64,000 bases of DNA from Felis catus (GCF_018350175.1 NC_058368.1:89220001-89284000); one strand, 5' to 3'; counted from the first letter of the stretch, positions 37,741-52,113 are shown. Translations and numbers: made by a program. The notes: generated by a model from the letters alone, not told the origin.

Positions 37741-40700
37741 GGAGACTCTCAGAAGATGGCAGCATAGGAGGACACTGGGCTCACCTTGTCCTTCTGATTG
37801 CTTAGATTCCATCCATATCTGCCTAAATAACCCAGAAAACCACCAAAGACTAGCAGAATGGACTCTTCAGACCCAAGCATAGACGAGAGGCCCACGGAAG
37901 ATGGTAGGAAAGGCAGAGAGGCGGTGCGTGCTACACGGACTGGTGGGAGGGAGCCGCGGTGGTGGAAGAGCAGCCCACCCAGCAAGGCAGAGCCCCCAAA
38001 GTCTGGCTTGCAAAAGCAGAGGGGCCAGACTCTGTGAGTTCTGACAGCCAGTGGGACAAACATCTGGAATGTTAAAAGTAAACAGCTCTGCTCTTGGAGA
38101 GTGGGGAGAGCGAGAGGACACTGGGAGGGAAGTTGTTGAGCCCCGGAAGACAGAGCTCAGCTTGGAGGGGGAGCAAAGGTGCTGGCCAGCGCCATCTCCC
38201 TCTCCCATCCCCCAGCCAAAATTCCAAACAGAACCAGTTCCTGTCACTGAACTTGCTTACACCACGCAAACACCCAATGCTGTGTTTCTGTGGATCCATC
38301 CCTCTGATGGGACTACCTCCCTCCTGGTGCTGCAGGGCCCCTCCCAAAGGGGACCGCCCACAGCAAAGCGAGCTAAGCCTGCCCCTCCTGCCCCTGTGCA
38401 CCTTGCAGATCCAGCCCGGCTAATACACCAGATCCCATTGAAGCAACACCACAAGCCTAGCAATGTGCAAGTAGCCAAGACAGGGGTCAAACCACTCCAC
38501 AGTGAGTCCTGTCCCTGGGAGAGGGGAAGATAAGGTACACACGAGTCTGACTGTGGCCCCAGCGGTGGCCTGGGAGCAGACATCAGGGCTGACTGTAGCG
38601 CCACCCACCAACACAACTTACTCCAGACAGCACAGGGGAAGTGCCCTGCAGTTTAGAGCCACCACAGGGAATACCCAAAAATGATTAAACAGAAGAACTC
38701 TCCTCAAAAGAAACTCCAGGAAGTAGCGACAGCTAACATATTGATCAAAAACGATTTAAGCATTATAATGGAACAAGAATTTAAGAATAATAGTCATAAA
38801 ATTAATCATTGGGCTTGAAAAAGCACAGAAGACAGCAGAGAATCTATTGCTACAGATATCAAGGAACTAAGATAGTCATAAGGAGCTAAAAAATTCTATA
38901 AATGAGGTGCAAAATAAAATGGAGGCAGCCATAGCATGGATTGAAGAGGCAGAGGAGAGAATAGGTGAATTAGAAGATAAAATTATAGAAAAAGAGGAAG
39001 CTGAGAAAAAGAGAGATTAAAAAAATCTAAGAGTATGAGGGGAGAAGTAGAGAACTAAGTGATGCAATCAAAGGAACAACATCCATATCATAGGAATTCC
39101 AGAAGAAGAAGAAGAAGATAGAGAAAAGGGCTGAAGGTGTACTTGAACAAATCATAGCTGAGAACTTCCCTGATCTGGGGAAGAAAAAAGACATTGAAAT
39201 CCAAGAGGCACAGAGAACTCCCTTCAGACAGAACTTCAATTGATCTTCTGTATGACATATCATAGTGAAACTGGCAAAATACAAGGATAAAGAGAGAATT
39301 CTGAAAGCAGCTAGGGATAAATACACTCTAATTTGCAAAGGTAGACCCATAAGGGTAGTCACAGACCTATCTACTGAAAGTTGGCAGACCAGAAAGGAAT
39401 GGCAGGAAATCTTCAATGTGATGAACAGAAAAAATATGCAGCGAACAATCCTTTATCCAGCAGGCTTGTCATTCAGAATAGGAGAGATAAAGGTCTTCCC
39501 AAACAAACCAAAACTGAAGGAATTCATCACCAAGAAACAAGCCCTACAAGAGATCCTAAGGGGTACTCTGTGAGTGAAATGTTGCAGGGACAACAAAGTA
39601 CCAAAGACATTGCTACGAGCATGAAACCTACAGCCATCACAATGACTCTAAACCCATATCTTTCTATAATAACACTGAATGTAAATGAACTAAATGCTCC
39701 AACCTAAAGACATAGGGTATCAGAATGGATTAAAAAAAAACAAGAGGGGCGCCTGGGTGGCACAGTCGGTTAAGCGTCCGACTTCAGCCAGGTCACGATC
39801 TCGCGGTCCGTGAGTTCGAGCCCCGTGTCGGGCTCTGGGCTGATGGCTCAGAGCCTGGAGCCTGTTTCCGATTCTGTGTCTCCCTCTCTTTCTGCCCCTC
39901 CCCCGTTCATGCTCTGTCTCTCTCTGTCCCAAAAATAAATAAACGTTGAAAAAAAAAATTAAAAAAAAAAAAAACAAGACCCATCTATTTTCTGTCTACA
40001 AGAGACTCATTTTAGACCTGAGGACACCTTCAGATTGAAAGTGAGGATATGAAGAAATATCTATCATGCTACTGGAAGTCACAAAAAAGCTGGAGTAGCC
40101 ATACTTATATCAGACAAACTAGACTTTAAATTAAAGGCTGTAACAAGAGATGAAGAAAGGATCATATAATAATTACAGGGTCTATCCATCAAGAAGAGCT
40201 AATAATTATCAATGTCTATGCACCAACTACAGGAGCCCCAAATATATAAAACAATTAATCACAAAAATAGGCAACCTTATTGAGAAGATTGTGGTAACTG
40301 CAGGGGACTTTAATACTCCACGTACAACAATGGATAGATCATCTAGACACAGGTTCAATAAAGAAACAAGGGCCCTGGATGATACATTGGATCAGATGGA
40401 CTTGACAGATATATTTAGAACTCTGAATCCCAAAGCAACAGAATATACTGTCTTCTCAAGTGCACATGGAACATTCTCCAAGATAGATCACATACTGGGT
40501 CACAAAACAGCCCTTCATAAGTATACAAGAATTGAGATCATACCATGCATACTTCCAGACCACAATGCTATGAAGCTTGAAATCAACCACAGGAAAAAGT
40601 CTGACAAACCTCCAAAAGCATGGATGTTAAAGAACACCCTACTAAAGAATGAATGGGTCAACCAGGAAATTATAGAAGAAATTTAAAAATACATGGAAAC

Positions 40701-43700
40701 AAATGAAAATGAAAATACAACAATCCAAACGCTTTGGGATGTAGCGAAGGCAGTCCTGAGAGGAAAATACATTGCAATCCAGGCCTATCTCAAGAAACAA
40801 GAAAAATCCCAAATACAAAATCTAACAGCACACCTAAAGGAAATAGAAGCAGAGCAGCAAAGACACCCCAAACCCAGCAGAAGAAGAGAAATAATAAAAT
40901 CAGAGCAGAAATAAACAATATAGAATCTAAAAAAAAAAAAAAGTACAACAGATCAAACAAACCAAGAGTTGTTTTTTTGAAAAAAATAAACAAAATGATA
41001 AACCTCTAGCCAGGCTTCTCAAAAAGAAAAGGGAGATGACCCAAAGAGATAAAATCATAAATGAGAATGGAACTATTACAACCAATCCCTCAGAAATATA
41101 AGCAATTATCAGGGAATAGTATAAAAAGTTATATGCCAACAAACTGGACAACATGGAAGAAATGGACAAGTTCCTACGCACCCATGCACTTCCAACACTC
41201 AAAAAGGAAGAAATAGAAAACTTGAACACACCTATAACCTGTGAAGAAATTGAATCAGTTATCAAAAACCTCCCAACAAATAAGAGTCCAGGACCAGATG
41301 GCTTCCCAGGGGAATTCTACCAGACATTTAAAGCAGAGATAATACCTAAACTTCTCAACCTGTTCCAAAAAATGGAAAGGGAAGGAAAATTCCAGACTTA
41401 TTCTTTGAAGCCAGCATTACTTTGATTCCTAAACCAGACAGAGACCCAGCAAAAAAAGACAATGACAGGCCAATATCCGTGATGAGTATGGATGCAAAAA
41501 TTCGCAATAAGATACTAGCAAATCGAATTCAACAGCATATAAAAAGAATTATACACCATGAAAAAGTGGGATTCATTCCTGGGCTACAGGGATGGTTCAA
41601 CATTTGCAAATTAAACAATGTGATACATCACATTAATTAAAGGAAAGAAAAGAACATATGATCTGGTCTATCGATGCAGAAAAAGCATTTGACAAAATTC
41701 AGCATCCTTTCTTATAAATATCCTCAAGAAAGTCGGGATAGAAAGAACATACTTAAACATCATAAAATCCATTTATGAAAAGCCCACAGCTACTATCATC
41801 CTCAATAGGAAAAAACTGAGAGTTTTCCCCCTGACATCAGGAACACAGCAGGGAGGTCCACTCTCACCAGTGTTGTTTAACATAGTGTTGGAAGTTCTAG
41901 CATCAGCAATCAGACAACAAAAGGAAATCAGAGGCATCAAAATTGGAAAAGATGAAGTCAAGCTTTCACTTTTTGCAGATGACATGATATTATACATGGA
42001 AAATCCGATAGACTCCACCAAAAGCCTGCTAGAACTGACACGTGAATTCAGTAAAGTCGCAGGATACAAAATCAATGTACAGAAATCATTTGCATTCTTA
42101 TACACTAATAATGCAGCAACTGAACGACAAATAAAGAAACTGATCCCATTCACAATCGCACCAAGAAGCATAAAATACCTAGGAATAAACCTAACAAAAG
42201 ATGTAAAAGACCTGTATGCTGAAAACTATAGAAAGCTTATGAAGGAAATTGAAGAAGATATAAAGAAATGGAAAAACATTCCGTGCTCATGAGTTGGAAG
42301 AATAAATACTGTCAGAATGTCAATACTACCCAAAATTATCTACACATTCAATGCAATCCCAATCAAAATTGCACCAGCATTCTTCTCGAAACTACAACAA
42401 ACAATCCTAAAATTCATATGGAACCACAAAAGGCCCCGGATAGCCAAAGTAATTTTGAAGAAGAAGACCAAAGCAGGAGGCATCACAATCCCAGACTTTA
42501 GCCTCTACTACAAAGCTGTAATCATCAAGACAGCATGGTATTGCCACAAAAACAGACACAGAGACCAGTGGAATAGAATAGAAAACCCAGAATTAGACCC
42601 ACAAAAGTAAGGCCAACTCATCTTTGACAAAGCAGGAAAGAACATCCAATGGAAAAAAGACAGTCTCTTTAACAAATGGTACTGGGAGAATTGGACAGCA
42701 ACGTGCAGAAAGATGAAACTAGATCACTTTCTTACACCATTCACAAAAATAAACCCAAAATGGATAAAGGACCTGAATGTGAGACAAGAAACCATCAAAA
42801 CCCTAGAAGGGAAAGCAGGAAAAGACCTCTCTGACCTCAGCTGCAGCAATTTCTTATTTGACACATGCCCAAAGACAAGGCAATTAAAAGCAAAAATGAA
42901 CTATTGGGACCTCACAAAGATAAAAACCTTCTGCACTGCAAAGGAAACAATAAAAAAATAAATAAAGACAACCAACAGAATGGGAAAAGATATTTGTAAA
43001 TGACATATTGTACAAAGGGCTAGTATCCAAAATCTATAAAGAGCTCACCAAGCTCCACACCTGAAAAATAAATAACCCAGTGAAGAAATGGGCAGAAAAC
43101 ATGAATAGACACTTCTCTAAAGAAGACATCTGGATGGCCAACAGACACATGAAAAGATGCTCAACATCACTCCTCATCAGGGAAATATAAATCAAAACCA
43201 CACTCAGATACCACCTCATGCTGGTCGAGTGGCTAAAATGAACAAATCAGGAGACTATAGATGCTGGAGAGGATGTGGAGAAACTGGAACCCTCTTGTAC
43301 TGTTGGTGGGAATGCAAACTGTTGCAGCCACTCTGGAAAACAATGTGAAGGTTCCTCAAAAAATTAACAATAGATTTACCCTATGACCCAGCAATAGCAC
43401 TGTTAGGAAATTACCCAAGGGATACAGGAGTGCTGATACATAGGGTCACTTTTATCCCAATGTTTATGGCAGCACTTTCAACAATAGCCAAATTATGGAA
43501 AGAGCCTAAATGTCCATCAACTGATGAATGGATAAAGAGATTCTGATTTAGGGGAGCCTGGATGGTTCAGTCAGTTAAGCGTCTGACTTCAGCTCAGGTC
43601 ATGATCTCCTGGTTCATTGGTTCGAGCCCTGCATCAAGCTGTGTGCTGACAGCTCGGAGCCTGGAGCCTGCTTCGGATTCTGTGTCTCCCTCTCTCCCTG

Positions 43701-44158
43701 CCCCTCCCCTGCTTGCTCCGTTTCTCTCTCTCAAAAATAAACATTTTAAAAAAATTAAAAAAAAGAAATTCTGGTTTATATACACAATGGAATACTACAT
43801 GGCAATGAGAAAGAATGAAATATGGCCTTTGGTAGCAATGTGGATGGAACTGGAGAATGTTACGTTAAGTGAAATAAGTCATACAGAGAAAGACAGATAC
43901 CATATGTTTTCACTCTTGTGTGGATCCTGAGAAACTTAACAGAAGACCATGGAGGAGGGGAAGAAAAAAAAAGAGGTTAGAGAGGGAGGGAGCCAAAACA
44001 TAAGAGACTCTTAAAAACTGAGAACAAACTGAGGGTTGATGGGGGGGTGCAAGGGAGGGGAGGGTGGATGATGGGTATTGAGGAGGACACCTGTTGGGAG
44101 GAGCACTGGGTGTTGTATGGAAACCAATTTGACGATAAATTTGATATTTAAAAAAAAG
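37741..44158 (+). mobile_element. Full-length felid L1 'D' (degenerate), with CanSINEs at 39746-39965 and 43551-43761
   Basis: 5'UTR GAAGATGGCAGCATAGGAGG, ORF1 ATG at 38681, ORF2 motifs, G-rich 3'UTR and polyA. SINE TSDs are aaaaaaaaacaaga and aaaga(g/a)attctg(a/g)ttta. Confidence 0.95.
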
Positions 44159-44260
44159 AAAGTGAGAGGGTGAAGAAACGTTTATCATGCAAATGGGTAT
44201 CAAAGAAAGCCAAAGTAGCAATACTTGTCTTGGACAAAAAAAGACTTTAAAACAAAGACT

Positions 44261-44482
44261 GGGGGCACCTGGGTGGCTCAGTTGGTTGAGCATTTGACTT
44301 CAGCACCGGTCATGATCTCATGGTTTGTCAGTTTGAGCCCCGCATGGGGCTCTGCGCTGAACACTTGCTCAGAGCCTGGAGCCTGCTTCAGATTCTGTGT
44401 CTCATCCTCTCTCTCTCCCCCGCTCACGCTCTGTCTCACTTTGTCTCTCAAAAATCAATAAATGTAAAATTTAAAAAAATTT
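44261..44482 (+). mobile_element. CanSINE
   Basis: Head GGGGCACCTGGGTGGCTCAG, CT-rich region and A-tail. Confidence 0.88.
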
Positions 44483-44611
44483 GACTGTAACAAGAGACAA
44501 AGAAGGGCACTGCATGATCATCATGGAGATAATCCAACAAGAAGATATAACAATTTTAAATATTTATCCCTCAAACATGGAAGCATCCAAATAAATAAAA
44601 CAATTAATAAA

Positions 44612-45176
44612 TTATGACAAGCGGGGCGCCTGGGTGGCTCAGTCGGTTAAGCGGCTGACTTCGGCTCAGGTCATGATCTCACGGTCCGTGAGTTTGAACC
44701 CTGCGTCGGGCTCTGTGCTGACAGCTCAGAGCCTGGATCCTGTTTCAGATTCTGTGTCTCCCTCTCTCTGACCCTCCCCGTTCATGCTCTGTCTCTCTCT
44801 GTCTTAAAAATAAATAAACGTGGGGCGCCTGGGTGGCGCAGTCGGTTAAGCATCCGACTTCAGCCAGGTCACGATCTCGTGGTCCATGAGTTCGAACCCC
44901 GCATCGGGCTCTGGGCTGATGGCTCGGAGCCTGGAGCCTGTTTCCGATTCTGTGTCTCCCTCTCTCTCTGCCCCTCCCCCGTTCATGCTCTGTCTCTCTC
45001 TGTCCCAAAATAAATAAAAAACGTTGAAAAAAAATTAAAAAAAAATAAATAAACGTTAAAAAAATATGACAAGCACTGGGTATTGCATATATACGTGATG
45101 AATCACTGAATTCTACTCCTGAAACCAATATTGCAGTGTATGTTATCTAACCAGAATTTAAATAAAAATTAAAAAA
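44612..45176 (+). mobile_element. Nest: L1 3' stub > CanSINE (44623-45063) > young SINEC_Fc-like SINE (44822-~45040)
   Basis: TSDs aattaataa (outer), tatgacaagc (middle) and aaataaataaacgt (inner). Confidence 0.85.
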
Positions 45177-45298
45177 AATTAATAATAAACATGAAGGAAC
45201 TAATTGGCAGTAATACAATAATAGTAGGGGAGTTTAATACCCCACTTACATCAATGGACATATCATCAAAACAGAAAATAAACAAGTAAACAGTGGCC

Positions 45299-46303
45299 TT
45301 TTTAAAAAATATAATTGTCAAGTTAGCTAACATACAGTGTATGCAGTGTGCTCTTGGCTTCAGGAGTGGATTCCCATGGTTCATCGCTTACAACACTCGG
45401 TAGTGTCCCAGCAAGTGTCCTCCTCAATGCCTATCACATATTTTCCCCTCCCCTGCCAACCCCCACCCATCAACCCTCAGTTTGTTCTCTGTATTTAAGA
45501 GTCTCTTAGGGTTTGCCTCCCTCTTTGTTTGAAACTTTTCCCCCCTTCCCTTCCCCCATGGTCTTCTGTTAAGTTTCTCAAATTCCACATATGAGTGAAA
45601 ATATATGATATCTGTCTTTCTCTGACTGACTTATTTCACTTAGCATAATACCCTCCAGTTCCATCCACGTTGTTGCAAATGGCAAGATTTCATTCTCTCA
45701 TTGCTAAGTGGTATTCCATTGTATATATAAGCCACATCTTCTTTATCCATTCATCACTTGATGGACATTTGGGCTCTTTCCCTAATTTGGCTATTGTCAA
45801 TAATGATCTATAAACATTGGGGTACATGTGTCCCTATGAATCAGCACTCCGGTATCCTTTGGATAAATTCCTAGTAGTGTTATTGGTGGGTCATATTTTT
45901 AATTTTTTGAGAAACCTTTACTCTGTTTTCCAGAGTGGTTGCACCAGTTTGCATTCCCACGAACAGTGCAGGAGCGTTCCCATTTCTTCACATCCCTGAC
46001 AAAATCTGTTCCCTGTGTTGTTAATTTTAGCCACTCTGACCAGTGTGAGCTGGTATCTCAATACAGTTTTTATTTGTACTTCCCTGATGATGAGCGATTT
46101 TGAGCATCTTTTCATGTGTCTGTTGGCCACGTGGATGTCTTCTTTGAAAAAGCATTCATGTCTTCTGCCCATTTTTTCACTGGATTATTTGTTTTTCAGG
46201 TGTTGGGTCTGTTAAGGTCTTTATAGATTTTTGGATACTGTTTACCCGACATGTCATTTGCAAGTATCTTCTATTCCGTTGATTGCCTTTTAGTTTTGTT
46301 AAT
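45299..46303 (-). mobile_element. 5'-truncated L1 3' end inserted antisense into host C
   Basis: Reverse complement of the ORF2 C-terminus (RHMKRCS.., [12 protein letters not shown]) and 3'UTR. Same 3' end type as 23130-23298. Confidence 0.9.
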
Positions 46304-48588
46304 TAGGAAAAATGGCTTTGAATGACACTCTGGACCAGGTGGACATAACAGATACTGCGAACATTACATCCTAAAACAGCAGACTACACATTCTTTTCAA
46401 GTGCACATATAACATTCTCCAGAATAGATCACATGTTAGGCCACAGAACAAACCTTAACAAATAGAAGAAGATTGGAGTCATATGATGCACCTTTTCTGA
46501 CCACAAAGCTATGAAACTAGAAGACAACCACAAGAAAAAATTTGGAAAGACCACAAATACATGGAGATTAAAGAACATACTAATAAAGAATGAATGGGTC
46601 AACCAGGAAAGCAAAGAAGAAATTTTTAAAATGTGTGGAAACAAATGAAAGTGAAAACACAATGGTCCACAACCGTTGGGTTACAGCAAAAGTGGCCCTT
46701 AAAGGGGAGTATAAAGCAATATAGGCCTATCACAAGAAGCAAGAAAAAACTTAAATAAACAATATAACTTTATACCTACAGGAGCTAGAAAAGGGATGGC
46801 AAATAAAGCCTAAAGACAATATAAAAAAGGAAATAATAAAGATTGAGCTGATATAAGTTATATATGACTAAAAAATAATAGAACAGATCAATGAAACCAG
46901 GAGTGGATTCTTTGAAAGAATTAATAAAATCAATAAACCTCTAGCAAGACTTACCAAAAAAGAAAGAGAAAGGATCCAAGTAAATACAATCATGACTGTG
47001 AGAGGAGAGATGACAACCAACGTTACAGAAATACAAACAATTATAAGATAATATTATGAAAAATTATATACCAACAATTGGGCAATCTGGAAGAACTGCA
47101 TAAATTCTTAGAAACATATCAACTACCCAAACTGAAACAGGAAGAAATAGTAAACTTGTACAGACTGATAACCAGCAAAGAAATTGAATTAGTAATAAAA
47201 AAATTGTCACAACAAAAAAGTCCAGGGCCAGATGGCTTCATGGGTGAATTCTACCAAACATTTAAAGAAGAGTTGATATCTATTATTCTCAAATTATTCC
47301 CAAAAATATAAATGAAAGGGAAACTTTCAAACTCATTCTATGAGCCCAGTATTTCCTTGATTGCAAAACCAGACAAAGACCCCACTATAAAAGAGAATAT
47401 CCCTAATGAACATGGATGCAAAAATTCTGAACAAAATATTAGCAAATTGAATCCAACAGTACATTAAAACAATGTAGATTTTGGCTCCTGGGCTGCAAGT
47501 GTGGCTCCGTATTCACAAACCAATCACATCAATATACATCACATCAATAAGAGAAAATATAAGAACCACATGATCCTGTCAATAGATGAAGAACAAGCAT
47601 TTGATACAGTACAACATCCATTCATGATAAAAACCCTCAACAATGGAGAGTTAGAGGATATGTACTTCAAACTAATAAAGGCCATCTATGAAAAACCCAC
47701 AACTAATATCATCCTCAATGGAGAAAAACTGAGAGCTTTTCCTGTATGGTCAAGAATAAGACAGGGATGACCACTCTCACCAGTATTATTTAACATAGTC
47801 CTGGATGTTCTAACCACAGCAATCAGACAACAAAAATAAATATAAGGAATCCAAACTATTAAGGAATTAATAAAACTTTACTGTTTGCAGATCACATGAT
47901 ACTCTACATAGAAAACTCAAAAGACTCACCCCCCCCAAAAAAAAAAACTGCTAAAAGCGACACACAAATCCAGTAAATTTGCAGGATACAAAGTCAATGT
48001 ACAGAAATCTCTTGCATCTCTATACAACAATAATGAAGCAAGAGAAAGAGAAATTAAGTAATAAATCCGACTTATAATTGAACCAAAAAAACATAAGATA
48101 CCTAGGAATAAATCTAACCAAAGGGGTAAAACACCTTTACTCTGAATAGCATAAAACACTGATGAAAGGAACTGAAGATGACACAAAGAAATTTAAATAC
48201 ATTTCATGCTCATAGATTGGGAGAACAAATATTGTTAAAATGTCTATATTACCCAAAGAAATCTACACATTTAATGCAATCCCTTATCAAAATACTAACA
48301 ATGCTTTTCAAGGAACTATAACAACAAGGAGGATAGGTTAAATAGGTGATGAGGATTAAGGAATGCACTTGTGATCAGGACTGACTGTGGTATGTAGGTG
48401 TTGAATTACTATATTGTATACCTGAAACTAATATTACACAGCATGTTAACTAAAAGGAATTCATATTAAAAGCTATTAAAAGAGAAACTAGTTACATATT
48501 GTTATGTTGATGTTGCTTATTAACAGAAATTCAAAAACTGGTAAAATGGTCTGGAAGTTGAATAGACAAAAGAGTAGACAGTACCAAT

Positions 48589-49348
48589 TGTTAAGCTACT
48601 GCCTCAGTTCCAAACACACACTCTACATTCCAAACTGTGATGCTGCTGCTGCCTTGTCACCAAAGTGTGAATTTGGATATGGCAGTAAGGATTCTAGAAG
48701 TCTGCAAGCCAGGACGAGGGAAAAAAACTTCTTCATGATTTTCAGTTTTCCTTTCAAGATTTTCCCAGTAGTGTGTCTTCATCATTCATTCTTCATCTTG
48801 GTGTTGGCTCCACTTTGCAAATTTTATTTTCACAATCACAGAACCAGTCTCACCGTGTCCCTTAGAGAAACCTGCTCTAGCTGACCAGCACCTAAGCCTT
48901 AGTAATCTGGGGACAGAGACTCCTGTGAACTAGGATACCAGAACTAACTTTATGTCATCTACTTGTCAGAAGTCTGGGACCCAGCTCTGCAAGCTCCTCT
49001 TCTTCCTTTGGACTCTGGAGGAACTCCATAAGTTGGATCAGGGCAGCCTTCTCTGAGGTACAGGAGACATCTGCATAGGGTCCCTTCTGAGGTATGAATA
49101 CCTGCTAGTGAGTGCCCACTCCTCTGAGGTTTGGGCTCCAAGTTACCAAGTTTTAAAATCCTTACCTTACCTTTCCCTTTACATCCCCAGGTCAAGTAAT
49201 TGTGGAAAATTTTCCTTCTATAATCCTTAACATTATCGTTTTGCCACTTCAGTTCTCAAATATCTAGTTAACAACTTTTTGTATTATGTTTTCTCTGGTA
49301 AAATAACCAATGTGGTTTTATTCCTGACTAGACACTGACTGATATACA
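48589..49348 (+). mobile_element. ERVL-type solo LTR (LTR33-like)
   Basis: Begins TGTTAAGCTACTG..CAGTTCCAAAC and ends ..AATAACC..TGTGGTTT..CCTGACTAGACACTGACTGATATACA, giving TG...CA termini. Confidence 0.6.
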
Positions 49349-50086
49349 AATTTTAAAATAATGGCTTAAATTCTGTATTTATTTCTGTTCTGATGTTCAT
49401 CTTTTTAAAGAAATATAGTTTTACTGCTGCTGCACTTGAAGTATAGAAATAATCACAGCTACCACAGCACACTTAACACGAGAATAGTGCTTTAAAAATG
49501 CTTTCATGCATATTATCTCATTTGATATCTTCTTCTTGCATTCATTCAATAAGATTTTATTGAACCACTGCTATTTATAATAAACAGATTCATATACTGG
49601 AAAACTGTAGGTATATATTTGCATTTCCTAAAGGAAGCTTCATAAGGCCTCTAATGCAGCATGGCAGAAGGCTAGGAACCATACATGAAGAATCATAGAG
49701 ACTCAATTTCTGCCATCTAGGAAGTTTCCACTTAAAATATCCATATTTGTCAAGTTGAATCATCAATTAAATAGTATAGAAGGTATGCAAAGGGAAGAGA
49801 ACAGTGCCTAGCAATTAAAACACTCAATGAAACACAGTTATAAACAAGAAGAATGAAGAAATAGGTACATTTAATTCAAAACTTTATAAATGATTAATAA
49901 TGACAATAATATCAATGCATTGCTTCTTCATGAGGCTTTAAATTTACAGATACGGATCCCTGTGAGGTAGCACAGGTCTCATGATTCTCTTCTACTGATG
50001 AGGAAACAGACACTCACAAGGGGTGAATGACTTACCAATGTTATGCAACCAAGAGGAGGCAACACCAGGCACCAGATCCCCTCTAT

Positions 50087-51032
50087 TCAGTGCTGGCTGC
50101 CAATCCTGCAATGGTTCAGACCTTTCCTCAGGGCCTCCATCACGTGCCGATTCCTCAAGCTATAAATGAGGGGGTTGAGCATAGGAGTAAGGACCATGTA
50201 GATGATAGAGACAACCTTGTCATGACTAGGGGCCTGGTAGCGCCGAGGCCTCAGGTAGATGAACATGGCTGCCCTGTAGAAGAGGGAGACAGCTGCTAGG
50301 TGGGAGGAACAGGTGGCCAGGGCCTTTTTACAGGCCTGAGCAGAGTGCATGTGGAGCACAGCCCTCAGGCTGTGAGCATAGGAGGCCACTATGATGGAAA
50401 AGGGAAGGAGCAGCATGAAGACACAGAAGCAAAGAGCAGAGTGTCAAAAAGGGTTGTGTCCATACAGGCCAGTTTTAATAAAGCTGGTACCTCACAGAAG
50501 AAGTAATCCACATTCCTTGAGCCACAGTAAGGTAAGCTCATGGCTGCCACCATCTGGATAATTCCATCTAGTATCCCAAAGGCCCAGGAACTCCCAGAAA
50601 TCTGGAGACAGACTCTGACTCATGAGGACAGTATAGTGAAGGGAGTGGCTGATTGCCACATAACAATCATAGGCCATGAGTCCCAGAAAAATTCCCTCAG
50701 ATCCCACAAGAGAGACAAAAAAACCAATTTGTATGCCACAACCCACAAAGGAGATGGACTTCCTGCCAGAGAGAAAAGTTGACCGCCATCTTTGGCATGA
50801 TATTACAGATCAAAATAAGATCCATAAGGGAGAGCTGACTGAGAAAGAAGTACATGGGTGTGTGAAGCCAAGGATCTGTGTAGATGAGGAAGATGAAGAG
50901 GACATTCCCACAGAGGGCCACAGTGAAGACTACCATAACCACAGAGAAGAGGACAACACCAGTCTGGCTATGGGAAAAGATGCCCAAGAGGATGAAGCCA
51001 TCTATAGATGATCGATTCAACCATATCCCCAT
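50087..51032 (-). pseudogene. OR2V1: OR2V1-like olfactory receptor pseudogene
   Basis: The fragments MGIWLNRSSIDGFILLGIFSHSQT..., GCGIQIGFFVSLVGSEG..MAYDCYVAISH and ...RPRRYQAPSHDKV...RKGLNHCRIGSQH match OR2V1 as I recall it. Frameshifts are +1 (~50775), -2 (~50614) and -1 (~50427), giving 946 nt against 948 expected. DRY is changed to DCY. A splice acceptor (ttctcag|gtg) lies at 51054/51053. Confidence 0.92.
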
Positions 51033-51785
51033 GGCTCAGTTGTTCACAGTCACCTGAGAACATGAACAGAGAAATTCTGGGTTTGAGTGACATGTCTTTA
51101 TGTATCTCTGATTTCTTCTTCAGTTAGTTGTATCTTTTTGAATTTATCAAAGCTCAAAAACATGTCCTTTGAGACATAAAAGAGGGTGCTCTTTCATATT
51201 CCCATAACAGAGATTATATGACCTTTGCCAGCCATAGAATTGGATCACATATCTACATTTGTATGTATCCATACCAAAAATAATAGGAAAGTTAAATTAC
51301 TTTATGTGTCATAAGACAATTGGACAATCCTTCTCTTTCAGGAAAAGATTGGTTTCCTCCATAAGACAGGGTTCTTTTTAGCTGGGATTACACAGCCTCA
51401 GTAAACTCTCTGTAACAGGACTTGGACCATTTCATGTCCAAGAGATAATTTATATGTGTTAACAATAAGAGCAGTTAATGGAGACTTGAGATGTTCTTTG
51501 TTTTGCTCAGGAGTAATATCTTGGACTCATTTTTCATTTAGTTGGAAATCCATTTCTTTAGTTCCTAGATCTAAATCATCACAAAAGCCTCTTGGCTCTA
51601 CATTCAGAATACTCAGATCCGGTTATTTCCTATCACCTCAATTGCAAGTGCCCTGGTCCAAGCCACTATCCTCTCTCAGATGGATAATTATAGGCTCCTC
51701 CCCAGTTTCCTGGCTTCTGCCCTTGAGTCCTTTGAGTCTATTCTCTTAACACTTTACAAGAGTTTGTTAAAATATATCACACAAG

Positions 51786-52015
51786 AGGCTTCTGGGTGGC
51801 TCAGTCGATTAAGCGACCGACTTTGGCTCAGGTCATAATCTCACAGTTCATGCGTTCAAATCTCACATTGGGATCTGTGCTGACAGGTCAAGCCTGGAAC
51901 CTGATTCAGACTCTGTGTCTCCCTGTCCCTGTGCCCCTTCCTTGCTCATACTCTGTCTCTCTCCATCTCTCAAAAATAAATAAATGTTGAAAAAATTAAA
52001 AAATAAATGAAAATT
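51786..52015 (+). mobile_element. CanSINE (diverged)
   Basis: Head and tail motifs. Confidence 0.85.
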
Positions 52016-52112
52016 TTCACACATTGTAAATCTCTTGCTGATAGTATGTCATGACTACCCAAATTACTCCAAATAAAATCAAAATCCTTGTAGTAGTAAG
52101 GCCCTATGTATA

Positions 52113-52113
<1 letters not shown>

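Larger units (their letters stand above)
35540..48480 (+). mobile_element. Old carnivore L1 'host C', with multiple nested insertions and internal deletions
   Basis: 5'UTR/ORF1 at 35540-37740 (SINEs at 35881-36090 + and 36250-36473 -). ORF2 pieces at 44160-45298 and 46305-48324, then a jump to the 3'UTR at 48325-48480. Confidence 0.88.

Noticed and set aside
39746..39830. tRNA-like A/B boxes in SINE heads
   Set aside because: These are CanSINE internal Pol III promoters, not tRNA genes.
13787..48480. Hosts A and C as a segmental duplication (same family, each with a nested young L1 and an antisense L1 3' fragment)
   Set aside because: The nested insertions are at different positions and the flanks are unrelated, so independent insertions are more parsimonious.
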